Positions 36,587 to 45,132 of a stretch of DNA of 64,000 nucleotides are shown here, piece after piece. Position 1 is the first letter of the stretch, and each line of letters opens with the position of its first letter. The notes beneath the pieces are model-generated. The model was not told the DNA's origin and did not search any database. It saw nothing but the letters and a program-made list of their open reading frames with translations. The stretch spans positions 64,001 through 128,000 of the forward strand of contig CAYFMJ010000002.1 of the NCBI GenBank assembly GCA_964344235.1. Direction: 5' to 3'. A program made the translations under genes and the position numbers. The stretch is from an uncultured Methanosarcinales archaeon. Lineage in GTDB: Archaea > Nanobdellota > Nanobdellia > Woesearchaeales > GW2011-AR9.

Positions 36587-38017
36587 GTGAGGAAAATAGC
36601 ATTATTACTTTCAGTTACTTTTTTGTTGTTAGTTAGTGTTGCAGTGGCTGATTCTGATACGAGTTCTGTTAGTATCTCTGCACTGGAAAATCAAATTGCG
36701 CCACATGAACAAGCACAGTTTAAACTTGTCATTGACAATGATCATCCAACAGAAGCTGTATCTTACAGTATTTATTCATTTGTACAAGGATGGAATGTTA
36801 ACCCTTCCCCGTTGAAAGACAAAATAATTACTATTGCTTCTGGTGGTAGTTATTCTACAACTATTGTTGCACAGCCGCATGAAAGTTTTAGTCCGGGAGT
36901 GTATAATTTAGAAGTAATTGTTGAGAGTGATGTTGGTGAGCTATTCCCTCGGACGTTGAAAGTGTATTTAGAACCAGAAAGCCCGATTGATTATTTGCCT
37001 ACGATTAAAGTAAATGTTGATATGGACGAGAAGATAAATCCAACGCAAGCGGTGCCAATTAAATTGTTTATTGATAATCGAAACCCTCTCGACTTAACTG
37101 ATTTAGTTGTGAAGATTAAAAGTGATATTCCTGAATTTGCACAGGAGGCCGTTATTGATATCCCTCCATTGCAGAAGAAGACGGTTGAGTTTACTGTTGT
37201 GCCAAACGAACATCAGCAACCAAAGGAGTACCCCCTCTTTTTTGTGTTTGAACGGAATGGGGAAACGGTTAAGGTTGTAGAGCAAGAGATTGAAATTCTT
37301 CCTTTATTGCCGGCATTTACTGTGGATGTTGCGAGTGAAAATATTTTTCTGAAGAAATTTGCTGCGGCAGAAATTCATAATCCAGGTAATGTGTTGAATA
37401 CGCAACGTGTTGAGGTTCCAATGTCGTTCTGGTCAGCGTTATTTGTTTCAGGAGCAGATTCTGGTAGAGCAGAAGATGGTTCTCGGGTGATTTTTTGGGA
37501 AGTAACATTAGGGGCGGATGAATCTACAACTATTCATTATACTGTGAATTATCGAATCTTATTAGCGATTGTTGTGGTGTTAGTGGTGTTTTTGATATTT
37601 TATTCAATTGTACAATCTCCACTTGTTATTAAGAAAAAAGCTGTTACAACGAAGAGTCATGAACATGGTGCGTTGTCAGAGATTAAAGTGACGTTAGAAG
37701 TTCGCAACAAATCAAAGCGAGGATTCAAAGATGTTGAGATTATTGATTGGGTTCCAGCGATTGCAAATGTGGAAAAGAGCTTAGAATTAGGCACGTTACG
37801 GCCGAAGGCGGTGCGGCATACTAAGAAAGGTGCAAAAGTTATTTGGGCGTTAGCAGAGTTGGATGCACACGAACATCGATTAATTACATACAAAGTACGG
37901 GCGAAGCTTAATATTTTGGGGACGTTTAGTTTGCCAAGAGCAGTTGTTGAGTTCCATAAGAAAGAAGGTGGCAAGAAGTCTAAAGCTTTCTCTAATGTGT
38001 ACCGGTTGAATGGATAG
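36587..38017 (+). CDS. Exported membrane protein with Ig-like domains on both sides of a TM segment
   Basis: GAGGTGG SD, GTG start, signal peptide, CARDB/DUF11-like beta segments, internal TM. Confidence 0.75.
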   Translation: MRKIALLLSVTFLLLVSVAVADSDTSSVSISALENQIAPHEQAQFKLVIDNDHPTEAVSYSIYSFVQGWNVNPSPLKDKIITIASGGSYSTTIVAQPHESFSPGVYNLEVIVESDVGELFPRTLKVYLEPESPIDYLPTIKVNVDMDEKINPTQAVPIKLFIDNRNPLDLTDLVVKIKSDIPEFAQEAVIDIPPLQKKTVEFTVVPNEHQQPKEYPLFFVFERNGETVKVVEQEIEILPLLPAFTVDVASENIFLKKFAAAEIHNPGNVLNTQRVEVPMSFWSALFVSGADSGRAEDGSRVIFWEVTLGADESTTIHYTVNYRILLAIVVVLVVFLIFYSIVQSPLVIKKKAVTTKSHEHGALSEIKVTLEVRNKSKRGFKDVEIIDWVPAIANVEKSLELGTLRPKAVRHTKKGAKVIWALAELDAHEHRLITYKVRAKLNILGTFSLPRAVVEFHKKEGGKKSKAFSNVYRLNG

Positions 38018-38131
38018 GTTGTTGAGCGGGTTGTGTCCCGTTCCTGTGAGTGGGGCACGGCGGATGCCGTACTCTTTCGGAGTACCCGCTTCGACTGCGT
38101 CAGGGCGCCACTCACCCACTTGACTTAATCC
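38012..38131 (+). ncRNA. Candidate structured ncRNA, copy 2 of an unnamed motif
   Basis: GC-rich non-coding island; stems GTGAGTGG/CCACTCAC, GGCGG/CCGCT and GTACTC/GAGTAC covary with copy 1. Confidence 0.62.
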
Positions 38132-38233
38132 GTACTTGTAATGTCTTGAGACTTTATGTGGGACAATACAAACATTTATATATAAGTCGTGCATTGTAAA
38201 ACCATCATAATTAAGGTGTGAGGGTAGGTAAAA

Positions 38234-38620
38234 ATGAAAGATTTTTTTTTACAATTAAAAGATAAATTCGCCAAACCAATTGAGGAAGAAGAGGCTCTGG
38301 AGATGCCGGAAGAGTATGTTGAAGTGGGCTCTGAATCTCCAAAAGAAGAGAAGTCAAGAGTGCTTGTTCGACCGTTTGTGATGGAGGAGTTTGAAGATAT
38401 TAAAGAAATTCTTGATGTGCTGCGGGAGGGCAGCACCATTGCATTAGTGAATATCAAACCGTTGAAAGAAAAAGACCTTGTTGAGTTGAAGCGGGCTGTT
38501 TCTAAGTTACGGAAAACATGTCAAGCTATTGAAGGGGATATCGCTGGATTTGGTGAAGATTATGTTGTTGCGGTTCCGTATTTTGCGAGAATTCACCGAC
38601 AGAGTAAAATTGTTGAATAA
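38234..38620 (+). CDS. sepF: Cell division protein SepF
   Basis: FEDIKEILDVLREGSTIALVNIKPL...ELKRAVSKLRKTCQAIEGDIAG...VVAVP. Confidence 0.9.
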   Translation: MKDFFLQLKDKFAKPIEEEEALEMPEEYVEVGSESPKEEKSRVLVRPFVMEEFEDIKEILDVLREGSTIALVNIKPLKEKDLVELKRAVSKLRKTCQAIEGDIAGFGEDYVVAVPYFARIHRQSKIVE

Positions 38621-38737
38621 TTTTTATTTTTTGAATAGTTCTTTTTGTTTGTAGTAAAGTTTAAAAACGATTTGGGTTCTTGAATGGGTATGCCGCTATC
38701 AAGAGTTGTCTCTTGGAAGCGTCACTCGTAAACTCGT

Positions 38738-38926
38738 GCCGCGGTCGCATAGTCTGGTATTGCGCTGATCTGTTCAGTGTCAAGCTGTGCAGAGCGTAAG
38801 ATTGCTATGGACAATCTGTCTTTCAGATTTCCGTCAATACCAAACATCCAGTCCCATCTGGGATCGCCGGTTCAAATTCCGTCAGGGAGTTACAAACCCT
38901 GTGGTTTGGAAGTCCGGCCCGCGGCG
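38738..38926 (+). tRNA. tRNA-Ser(GCU) with three introns (29/30: 38768-38799; 37/38: 38808-38845; 59/60: 38877-38912)
   Basis: Acceptor GCCGCGG/CCGCGGC; spliced anticodon arm CTGGA-TTGCTAA-TCCAG; long variable arm TCCC-ATCT-GGGA; intron 1 is a strict BHB (GCGC/GCGT). Confidence 0.9.
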
Positions 38927-38950
38927 CTCTTTTTTTCTTCGGTACGTAAT

Positions 38951-38966
38951 CGGAAGCTATATAAAC
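38951..38966 (+). promoter_or_regulatory. BRE/TATA promoter of surface cassette A (CGGAAGCTATATAAAC)
   Basis: Archaeal BRE-TATA arrangement; 14 of the first 15 nt are identical to 45091-45106. Confidence 0.75.
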
Positions 38967-38996
38967 AGAAAAATGTTTCTAAGACGTAGGTGTACG

Positions 38997-41900
38997 ATGC
39001 GTAAATCTAAAAAGAGGCAAGAGAAATTACCTGTCGTAGCTCGGCGAACACCATTTCCATTATACGGTCAGAAATTTGGGATTATTGCAGCGTTAGTTGT
39101 TGTGGTTGTTGGATTCTTAGTGTTGATGAATTTTAGTGGTGATAATGTTGCAGGACAGGCGACGTTTACTGATTGGACGGCTTATGAAGCAGCGTATTGG
39201 GAACAAGCGCCAGTTGATGGTTGTATTAACGAAGGTTGTCCAGATGATCCTGATGAGACTTTTAAAGCAGTCTCTACTGACTTGTTTGATGAGAATGGTG
39301 ATTTTGACAAGAAATTTGAGGGTTTTTGTCCGCCGAGTGTTGTGGGGGAAGTCTGTTATTACAACAAGGGGGCCAACGCTGAGAAGGATGGACAGTGTTA
39401 TTTTAGTAATTCTTTAACTCCGTTCAAACCAAGCTCTGGAAGTACTAAAAGAGATAACTCCCTTTGTTTTGAAAATGATTTATACAAATGTCAATCTGGA
39501 AATAGGGGGGTGTTTGAGGATAACCCAAAGTTTGCGTGTCTTTATGAGGGGGAACTAAACCGGTGGGCTCCCTGTTTAGATGATGCTTATGTGCACCCCT
39601 CAACTCTTGGCAAATTCTATTGTGATGGTGAAGAAACGTGGCATGAATGTGAAGGTACTGGAGGAATAGTTGATGATCAATTGTGCTATCTCTCACATTG
39701 GGAAGTGTGTGAGGAAGAAGAGGTTCTTTCGGGTGGTACACAGGCGGGATTCTTTTGTGATGGAGTGGACTGGCACGTTTGTGACTCTTCAACGGAGGAC
39801 CCATTTTGTGTTCTAGAATTTACTGCATGGTCTTATGAATACCCTGGTTCAAATCTAGTTGCAGATATTTTATTAGAGAGTGGAATTGATGACCATGGTA
39901 ATGAAATATCAGATGCTATTGACATTTCTAATAACGTTGCATACACGGGGATATATTCCGTAACTAATGTCTATCAAAAAGACTACAGTCAATCATTTTT
40001 TAAATACACACACGAAGATGGGCAGTTGAGGAATTACGTTATTTCTTTTGAGGATAGCGGTGACTCTTTAACTGTAACTGTTAAATCTTTTCAGGATACT
40101 ATTGTGGAACAGTTCACTTTAGAGTTTGAGAGCGATTCTGTTCTTTCTTTTCCTCCAGAACAACGTGCTCTCGATTTGGATAACGATGGGGAAACGGAAG
40201 CTTATCTTAATATTATTGCGTCGCACCCCTACTTTGGGGGGGGGGCTTTATTTGTTGTGAGTCCCGTTATTAATTTCCCTGCTTTTATGGATACTGATGA
40301 GAATATATTGACGGTTCTTACCTCAGGTAACCCACAGCAGTTTGTTATTGACGGTGAAGTGCATACGTTCCAACTGTTCTGGGAAGGTGACGATAATTAT
40401 GTCTTTGTGGTTGATGAACAACAGTTTGCATTTAATGATCAGGATAACGAACCAGAATTGTTCCTGGATGCGCAGGGGACACAGAAATTAGGGTTTAATT
40501 TATTCCCCTCTGGGGACTTTTTTGCGGTTATGAGCTTCACTTCTAATGTTGAGGACATTAGCATTTTAAAATTGAAAGAAAAAAGCGTTGATTTATCTGA
40601 AGTGTATGAAGAGGAGTTTGCGAAAAACAAAATTCTTGAATTGATAAATGTTGAGGGGGAAGCTGATTTTAGTAACACGGTAGCAATCTGCAAGGAAGAT
40701 CCGCCAGTGTTGGAGTTTGTTACTGTTTGTTCAAAGGAGAATGAGCAGATTGATTTGCAGCATAAGCAAGTAGTTGATTTATCCGCGCCAAATGCCTTTG
40801 GTGTTAACTGGCCGGTTGTGTTGTGGTATGAATCGCCTGGGCAAACTGGAGAAAAGGAGGTAAGTGCGTACCATTTGATTGATGTTGATCCAATCTCTGG
40901 ATTGCAAATAAAAGAATCTGCGCAGACATTCGCAACAAACCTTGTGCAAGGAAGAAGTTTGGCTTTAGAAAGTGACGGAACGATTTACAGATTATCGCAC
41001 CCAACGCAACCTTTCTTGGATTTGTTACAGTTAGAGTTAACAGATCTTTCGAATGACGGAACACCAACGTATGTTTCAGAAGGTGACCAGAGTGAAGTTG
41101 TCTTTAATTTGCCATTGGGGAAACAAATCAGAATTCGGGCGGTTTTGATCCCAGAGACAAACGAATTTACGTATGAAATCTCTTCTCAAACACTGTTAAC
41201 AGAGACAGTTGATTTAAATGTGGCGTTAGAGACTGCAGTAAGTACATATGGGTATGTTTCTATAACGGACCCAGATCTTGGGTTAATTACCATTGATCCT
41301 GGTGACAATGAGTTGTTTGGTAATGTTATGAAAGTTCAGTTTGATGGAAAGACAGAGCTCTTAAATTTTGGTGAGGAAAAAATATTGCCCGAGGGTGAAC
41401 TCCAAAATGCTGCTCTCTTTTATTATGGTTCTAATGCTAATGCTGGGACTCCAAATGCTTTCAATAAGTATGCTTCTATTCACCTTTATACTGATTTAAC
41501 CCTTTTCGATCATGTCCATGACTTCACCCCGGAGGATTTCATTCTCCCCCTTGTGAAAGGAAACAGAATTGCCTTTGGCTTCGAGGAGGAAGTGTACTTG
41601 TTGGGTTACTCTGAACTATGGGATGGTACCTCTCAATTTTTTGCTGAAAAATTACAGTTAACAACACTTGATGGAGAAAATACTTTTATACCCCAACAAA
41701 CCGCAGAGGGGTACACTTTTGATATGGGTCTTTCACGGATTGACTTTTCTATTAGTTCAAACATTAACACTGTTGATACTATCGAATTTGAGGGGGTTAC
41801 CAGTGCCGACGTTGAGCAAGAGTTGATTTTACAACAAACGGAAATTATTGAGTTTGTACCGGAAGATAATTTCTCTTTCGTGCTAACAGAGAATAACAAG

Positions 41901-42695
41901 ATGCTGTTTAATGGAAAAACGTATGAAATTTGTGACGGGCCGATTACAAAAGATATAGATGCTCAAGTCCGAGTTTGTCGGGACGGAATACTCATTAATG
42001 AATTGTTACTTGGGGTACCTGAAGCGTTTGATGGAACTATTACGGGGCTTTATACACAGACTTCTCCTGGTGAGAAAGTTGTTATCTTTCAGCATGTAAT
42101 TGATATTGGGGGGGGTTACCAGTTCAGTAATTGGGAATTGTTAACTGAGAACTTGGCAAACGATAGGCGGCCATTATTGGTTTGGTCCGAGAAAATAGTT
42201 GAATTGTTTGGTGGGGACGGTATTAGTTTATTACCTTTCGGCCTTAATGAGTATCCCTTTGGCTCTTCTCATTTTATTGGGTTGAATGAAACAGCGCAGG
42301 GGTTCCAGAGCGGTTTCGTAACGGTGGGTTCAGAGATTGTGTATTTTGAGCAAGAGTTAACTTCAGATTTAGAGGAAGACATTTTGTTAAATGTTGAAGT
42401 GTTAGAGGAGAAGATTATTGGTGATGGCTTGGCGCTCCCGAACGATTTCTCTCAGGTGAAGTTTGTCACGGAAGTTGGCGGGGAAGTCTATACCTATTGG
42501 TTATGGGGAGTGTACAGCGGCGCGATTGAAGATGAGAATGCTGTTATATTGTTTGGTATTAAAGATGGCAATTTTGAAGATGTCTTTTATGGCTCTACAT
42601 TGCAATTGGTGCCGAAAGAGGTTCTGTTACCAAATGGAGTAGTTATTGTAGTAGATTTCTCTAACTGGGAGAATAAAATGATGACAATCAAATAG
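38997..42695 (+). CDS. Giant exported surface protein, 1232 aa, Cys-rich N-region plus acidic beta-rich repeats (start reassigned from 38787)
   Basis: The ORF-track N-terminus overlaps tRNA-Ser. ATG 38997 has an AGGTG SD and TATA. N-terminal TM is followed by VAGQA. Confidence 0.75.
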   Translation: MRKSKKRQEKLPVVARRTPFPLYGQKFGIIAALVVVVVGFLVLMNFSGDNVAGQATFTDWTAYEAAYWEQAPVDGCINEGCPDDPDETFKAVSTDLFDENGDFDKKFEGFCPPSVVGEVCYYNKGANAEKDGQCYFSNSLTPFKPSSGSTKRDNSLCFENDLYKCQSGNRGVFEDNPKFACLYEGELNRWAPCLDDAYVHPSTLGKFYCDGEETWHECEGTGGIVDDQLCYLSHWEVCEEEEVLSGGTQAGFFCDGVDWHVCDSSTEDPFCVLEFTAWSYEYPGSNLVADILLESGIDDHGNEISDAIDISNNVAYTGIYSVTNVYQKDYSQSFFKYTHEDGQLRNYVISFEDSGDSLTVTVKSFQDTIVEQFTLEFESDSVLSFPPEQRALDLDNDGETEAYLNIIASHPYFGGGALFVVSPVINFPAFMDTDENILTVLTSGNPQQFVIDGEVHTFQLFWEGDDNYVFVVDEQQFAFNDQDNEPELFLDAQGTQKLGFNLFPSGDFFAVMSFTSNVEDISILKLKEKSVDLSEVYEEEFAKNKILELINVEGEADFSNTVAICKEDPPVLEFVTVCSKENEQIDLQHKQVVDLSAPNAFGVNWPVVLWYESPGQTGEKEVSAYHLIDVDPISGLQIKESAQTFATNLVQGRSLALESDGTIYRLSHPTQPFLDLLQLELTDLSNDGTPTYVSEGDQSEVVFNLPLGKQIRIRAVLIPETNEFTYEISSQTLLTETVDLNVALETAVSTYGYVSITDPDLGLITIDPGDNELFGNVMKVQFDGKTELLNFGEEKILPEGELQNAALFYYGSNANAGTPNAFNKYASIHLYTDLTLFDHVHDFTPEDFILPLVKGNRIAFGFEEEVYLLGYSELWDGTSQFFAEKLQLTTLDGENTFIPQQTAEGYTFDMGLSRIDFSISSNINTVDTIEFEGVTSADVEQELILQQTEIIEFVPEDNFSFVLTENNKMLFNGKTYEICDGPITKDIDAQVRVCRDGILINELLLGVPEAFDGTITGLYTQTSPGEKVVIFQHVIDIGGGYQFSNWELLTENLANDRRPLLVWSEKIVELFGGDGISLLPFGLNEYPFGSSHFIGLNETAQGFQSGFVTVGSEIVYFEQELTSDLEEDILLNVEVLEEKIIGDGLALPNDFSQVKFVTEVGGEVYTYWLWGVYSGAIEDENAVILFGIKDGNFEDVFYGSTLQLVPKEVLLPNGVVIVVDFSNWENKMMTIK

Positions 42696-42696
42696 A

Positions 42697-44001
42697 ATGG
42701 TAAAGAATAACAAAAAGACGAAAGACATGTGGGTGAAGATAGCGATTGCTTCGCTACTCGTTGTTATTCTGATACTCATTAGTTTAGTGTTGCGAACACC
42801 GTCTGTAGGGCAAGCTATACAGATTGATGTGCCTCTTGAAGGGCCGATAGATTTAGATATGGAACAAGAGTTTTTATTGAATATTGAAGAAATTGGTTCT
42901 GTGGATTTTTTAATTACCCTGTCAGGTGAAACTGAGCCTCTTTTTGTTGAACTCTCAACGTGGTTTACAACAGATCAGAAAGATCAAGTGAAATATGTTC
43001 TTAATCAAGCGGAAACTCCTGGACAGTTCACTGGCCTCTTAAGTTCTGTTTTCTCCGAGTCTGGTGATATCTTTTTGAATGAGGATACTGTTCCTGACTT
43101 ACGTGCTAGTTTAGTTGAAGGCTATCTTCATGTGTTGAATCTTAATTACATCACACCAGCAGTTGCAAATATTACATTATTAACGGAAGGGTCGGAGGTT
43201 GTTGATTCGAATATTTTGTATGTGGTGAAAGATGAACCTGTTGTATACTTATTTGATGTTGCTAGTACGAAAACGCCAGTGGTTACGGCCGTGTGGCAAG
43301 ATGGAGCTGAGTTAAGTGAAGAGGAGTTTTCTATTATTGAGGAAGATGAGACGTCTGTTCTGGCACAGTTATCATGGACGCCAACGGAAGAAAATGCTGC
43401 TCGGGTGTTAGTTGTTACAGCAACAGTTGATGATGAAATTGCTGTGAAGAAATTTATTTTTTCAACAGACAATGTTGTGTATGCGTTACTTGATGAACAA
43501 TTCCCCGAGGTGGTGATGAAAGCAGTTGATGAGGGTGTGTTCTCGGTGCAGTATACATTTAAGCCGACGGTGCAGTTGCAACCGTTTTCGTTGCCGTGTG
43601 GATTTGCCAGTATCGAAGAGCTACCTGCTGAAAGTGTTGCAGCGATTCTTTCGTATGATGAATCCTCTGTACAACAGTGGAAGAAAGATTTGCCTTCTGA
43701 CTTAGTTGCGTTAGGAAAGAATAAAGGATATTTATTACAGCTGAAAGAGGAAGAAGAAGTTTCATTTACCATTGGGTGTACGCTACCATTTGTACCTGAC
43801 TTCACTTCACTGCCAGAGTTAGATGACACGTGGAATTTAGTAGGTATTAGTGGCTTTGAATCTGTACTTGTTGAAGATTTAATAACCCCTGTTGGAAAAG
43901 ATGTTACAAAAGTGTATGAAATTACTATTGGTGGAGCGGTAACATCACAATCAGTTACAGAGCTAGAACCGATGAAAGCGTATTGGGTGAAAGTGGAATG
44001 A
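42697..44001 (+). CDS. Exported surface protein: Ig-like domain plus duplicated 'WNLVG...AYWVKV'-type domain
   Basis: N-terminal TM then SVGQA; LGKNKGYLLQL and LEPMKAYWVKV repeats; translationally coupled to both neighbours. Confidence 0.72.
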   Translation: MVKNNKKTKDMWVKIAIASLLVVILILISLVLRTPSVGQAIQIDVPLEGPIDLDMEQEFLLNIEEIGSVDFLITLSGETEPLFVELSTWFTTDQKDQVKYVLNQAETPGQFTGLLSSVFSESGDIFLNEDTVPDLRASLVEGYLHVLNLNYITPAVANITLLTEGSEVVDSNILYVVKDEPVVYLFDVASTKTPVVTAVWQDGAELSEEEFSIIEEDETSVLAQLSWTPTEENAARVLVVTATVDDEIAVKKFIFSTDNVVYALLDEQFPEVVMKAVDEGVFSVQYTFKPTVQLQPFSLPCGFASIEELPAESVAAILSYDESSVQQWKKDLPSDLVALGKNKGYLLQLKEEEEVSFTIGCTLPFVPDFTSLPELDDTWNLVGISGFESVLVEDLITPVGKDVTKVYEITIGGAVTSQSVTELEPMKAYWVKVE

Positions 44002-45089
44002 TGAAGAAACTATTACTACTTTTTGTACTCTTGTTGATCCCGTTAGCTGTTGCTGAAGAACCTCCTGCATTAGAAAACCACCAGTTCTATGGAAAAGTGT
44101 TTTGGGATGTAGGAGAAGATACGCCAGATGAAGTTGTTGTTGAAGTTGGGGTGAATGAGTATAGTTCTTCTATTACTGATGGAACGTGTGATGGGGATTT
44201 ATGTGATGGGTTGTACGGCTATACTGAATTGTTGTTAGTGCAGGGAGATAATGGAGATATAGTTACGTTCTTCGTTGATGGTATTGAAGTCGCTAAAGAG
44301 AATTATGTGGCGTGGGAATCTACCAATGTGCCGCTCGATATTACGACAGAACAAGTTGCACCGCAGGAATGTGTTGCTGATTACAGTGATTGTGATGCGT
44401 GGAGTTCATGTTCTGGGGGTGTGAAAACGAGAACGTGTAAGGATCTAAATTTATGTGATGTTGATCAATTAGAAGTTGAGGAAGAGAAGTCATGTAGTGT
44501 TTCCAGTGATGGTTCTGATGGTAGTGGCGATGTTGTGAAGAAAGAAGATGCGGAAGATGAAGAAGAAGTAGATGAAGGAAAAGTCTGCTTATATTCTTGG
44601 ACATGCGGTGGCTGGTCTGAGTGTGCTGAGGGAGGCATTCAATCGCGGAATTGTGTGCGGGACGATAGTTGTGATGAAGAGTTAGAGGATGGTGATGTTG
44701 ATTCGATTTTGAAACTGGATAAGCCGTCTGAAAAAAGGTTATGTGGGGAGGAAGGCGCTTTCATTCCCCCAACGAGTTCCTCCAGCAGTGAAGGGTTAGG
44801 GCTGCCTTCCGATAGTAGTTTGGGCCTGAGTGGTTCTAGTAGTAGTTCTACAGATGGTGTTTCTATTTGGGTATATGTTGGTGCAGGTATCTTTGTTGTA
44901 TTAGTTATTGGCATATTGTTGTTATTGCATCTGCGAAAGAAAAGTGGCTTAACAGAAGGGGTTAAAGCAGAGTTACGATCGATTTATTCTCAAGGAAGTC
45001 AGAGGGGAATGAGTAAACAGCAAGTTACGCAAAAACTAATCCAAAAAGGTTGGGATGAGAAAATGTTGAGGAAGTTTCTGAAGAAGTAG
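43998..45089 (+). CDS. Type I membrane anchor protein: HQFYG domain, two TSP1-like Cys repeats, TM, cytoplasmic helical tail
   Basis: Signal peptide PLAVA|EE; CDAWSSCSGGVKTRTC and WTCGGWSECAEGGIQSRNC. Confidence 0.75.
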   Translation: MMKKLLLLFVLLLIPLAVAEEPPALENHQFYGKVFWDVGEDTPDEVVVEVGVNEYSSSITDGTCDGDLCDGLYGYTELLLVQGDNGDIVTFFVDGIEVAKENYVAWESTNVPLDITTEQVAPQECVADYSDCDAWSSCSGGVKTRTCKDLNLCDVDQLEVEEEKSCSVSSDGSDGSGDVVKKEDAEDEEEVDEGKVCLYSWTCGGWSECAEGGIQSRNCVRDDSCDEELEDGDVDSILKLDKPSEKRLCGEEGAFIPPTSSSSSEGLGLPSDSSLGLSGSSSSSTDGVSIWVYVGAGIFVVLVIGILLLLHLRKKSGLTEGVKAELRSIYSQGSQRGMSKQQVTQKLIQKGWDEKMLRKFLKK

Positions 45090-45090
45090 A

Positions 45091-45106
45091 CGGAAACTAT
45101 ATAAAT
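45091..45106 (+). promoter_or_regulatory. BRE/TATA promoter of surface cassette B (CGGAAACTATATAAAT)
   Basis: Near-identical to 38951-38966; starts 2 nt after the stop of cassette A. Confidence 0.75.
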
Positions 45107-45132
45107 GCTAACTGTTTCTTTTTTACCAAAAG

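Noticed and set aside
38012-38131. 5S rRNA, SRP Alu domain or Y RNA identity for RNA copy 2
   Set aside because: The length fits 5S, but the loop C CCGAAC and loop E pattern are missing. No SRP S-domain follows. The CACTTGACT match to the Y RNA 3' strand is 9 nt only, lacks the bulged-C partner and is absent from copy 1.
38216-38222. GGTGTGA shared by the sepF and ftsZ (55643-55649) leaders as a division regulon motif
   Set aside because: It is only 7 nt and close to the GGTGA Shine-Dalgarno consensus, so it cannot be distinguished from an SD.
38787-38996. N-terminal 70 aa of the 1302-aa ORF
   Set aside because: It runs through tRNA-Ser(GCU); the real promoter, SD and ATG are at 38951-38997.
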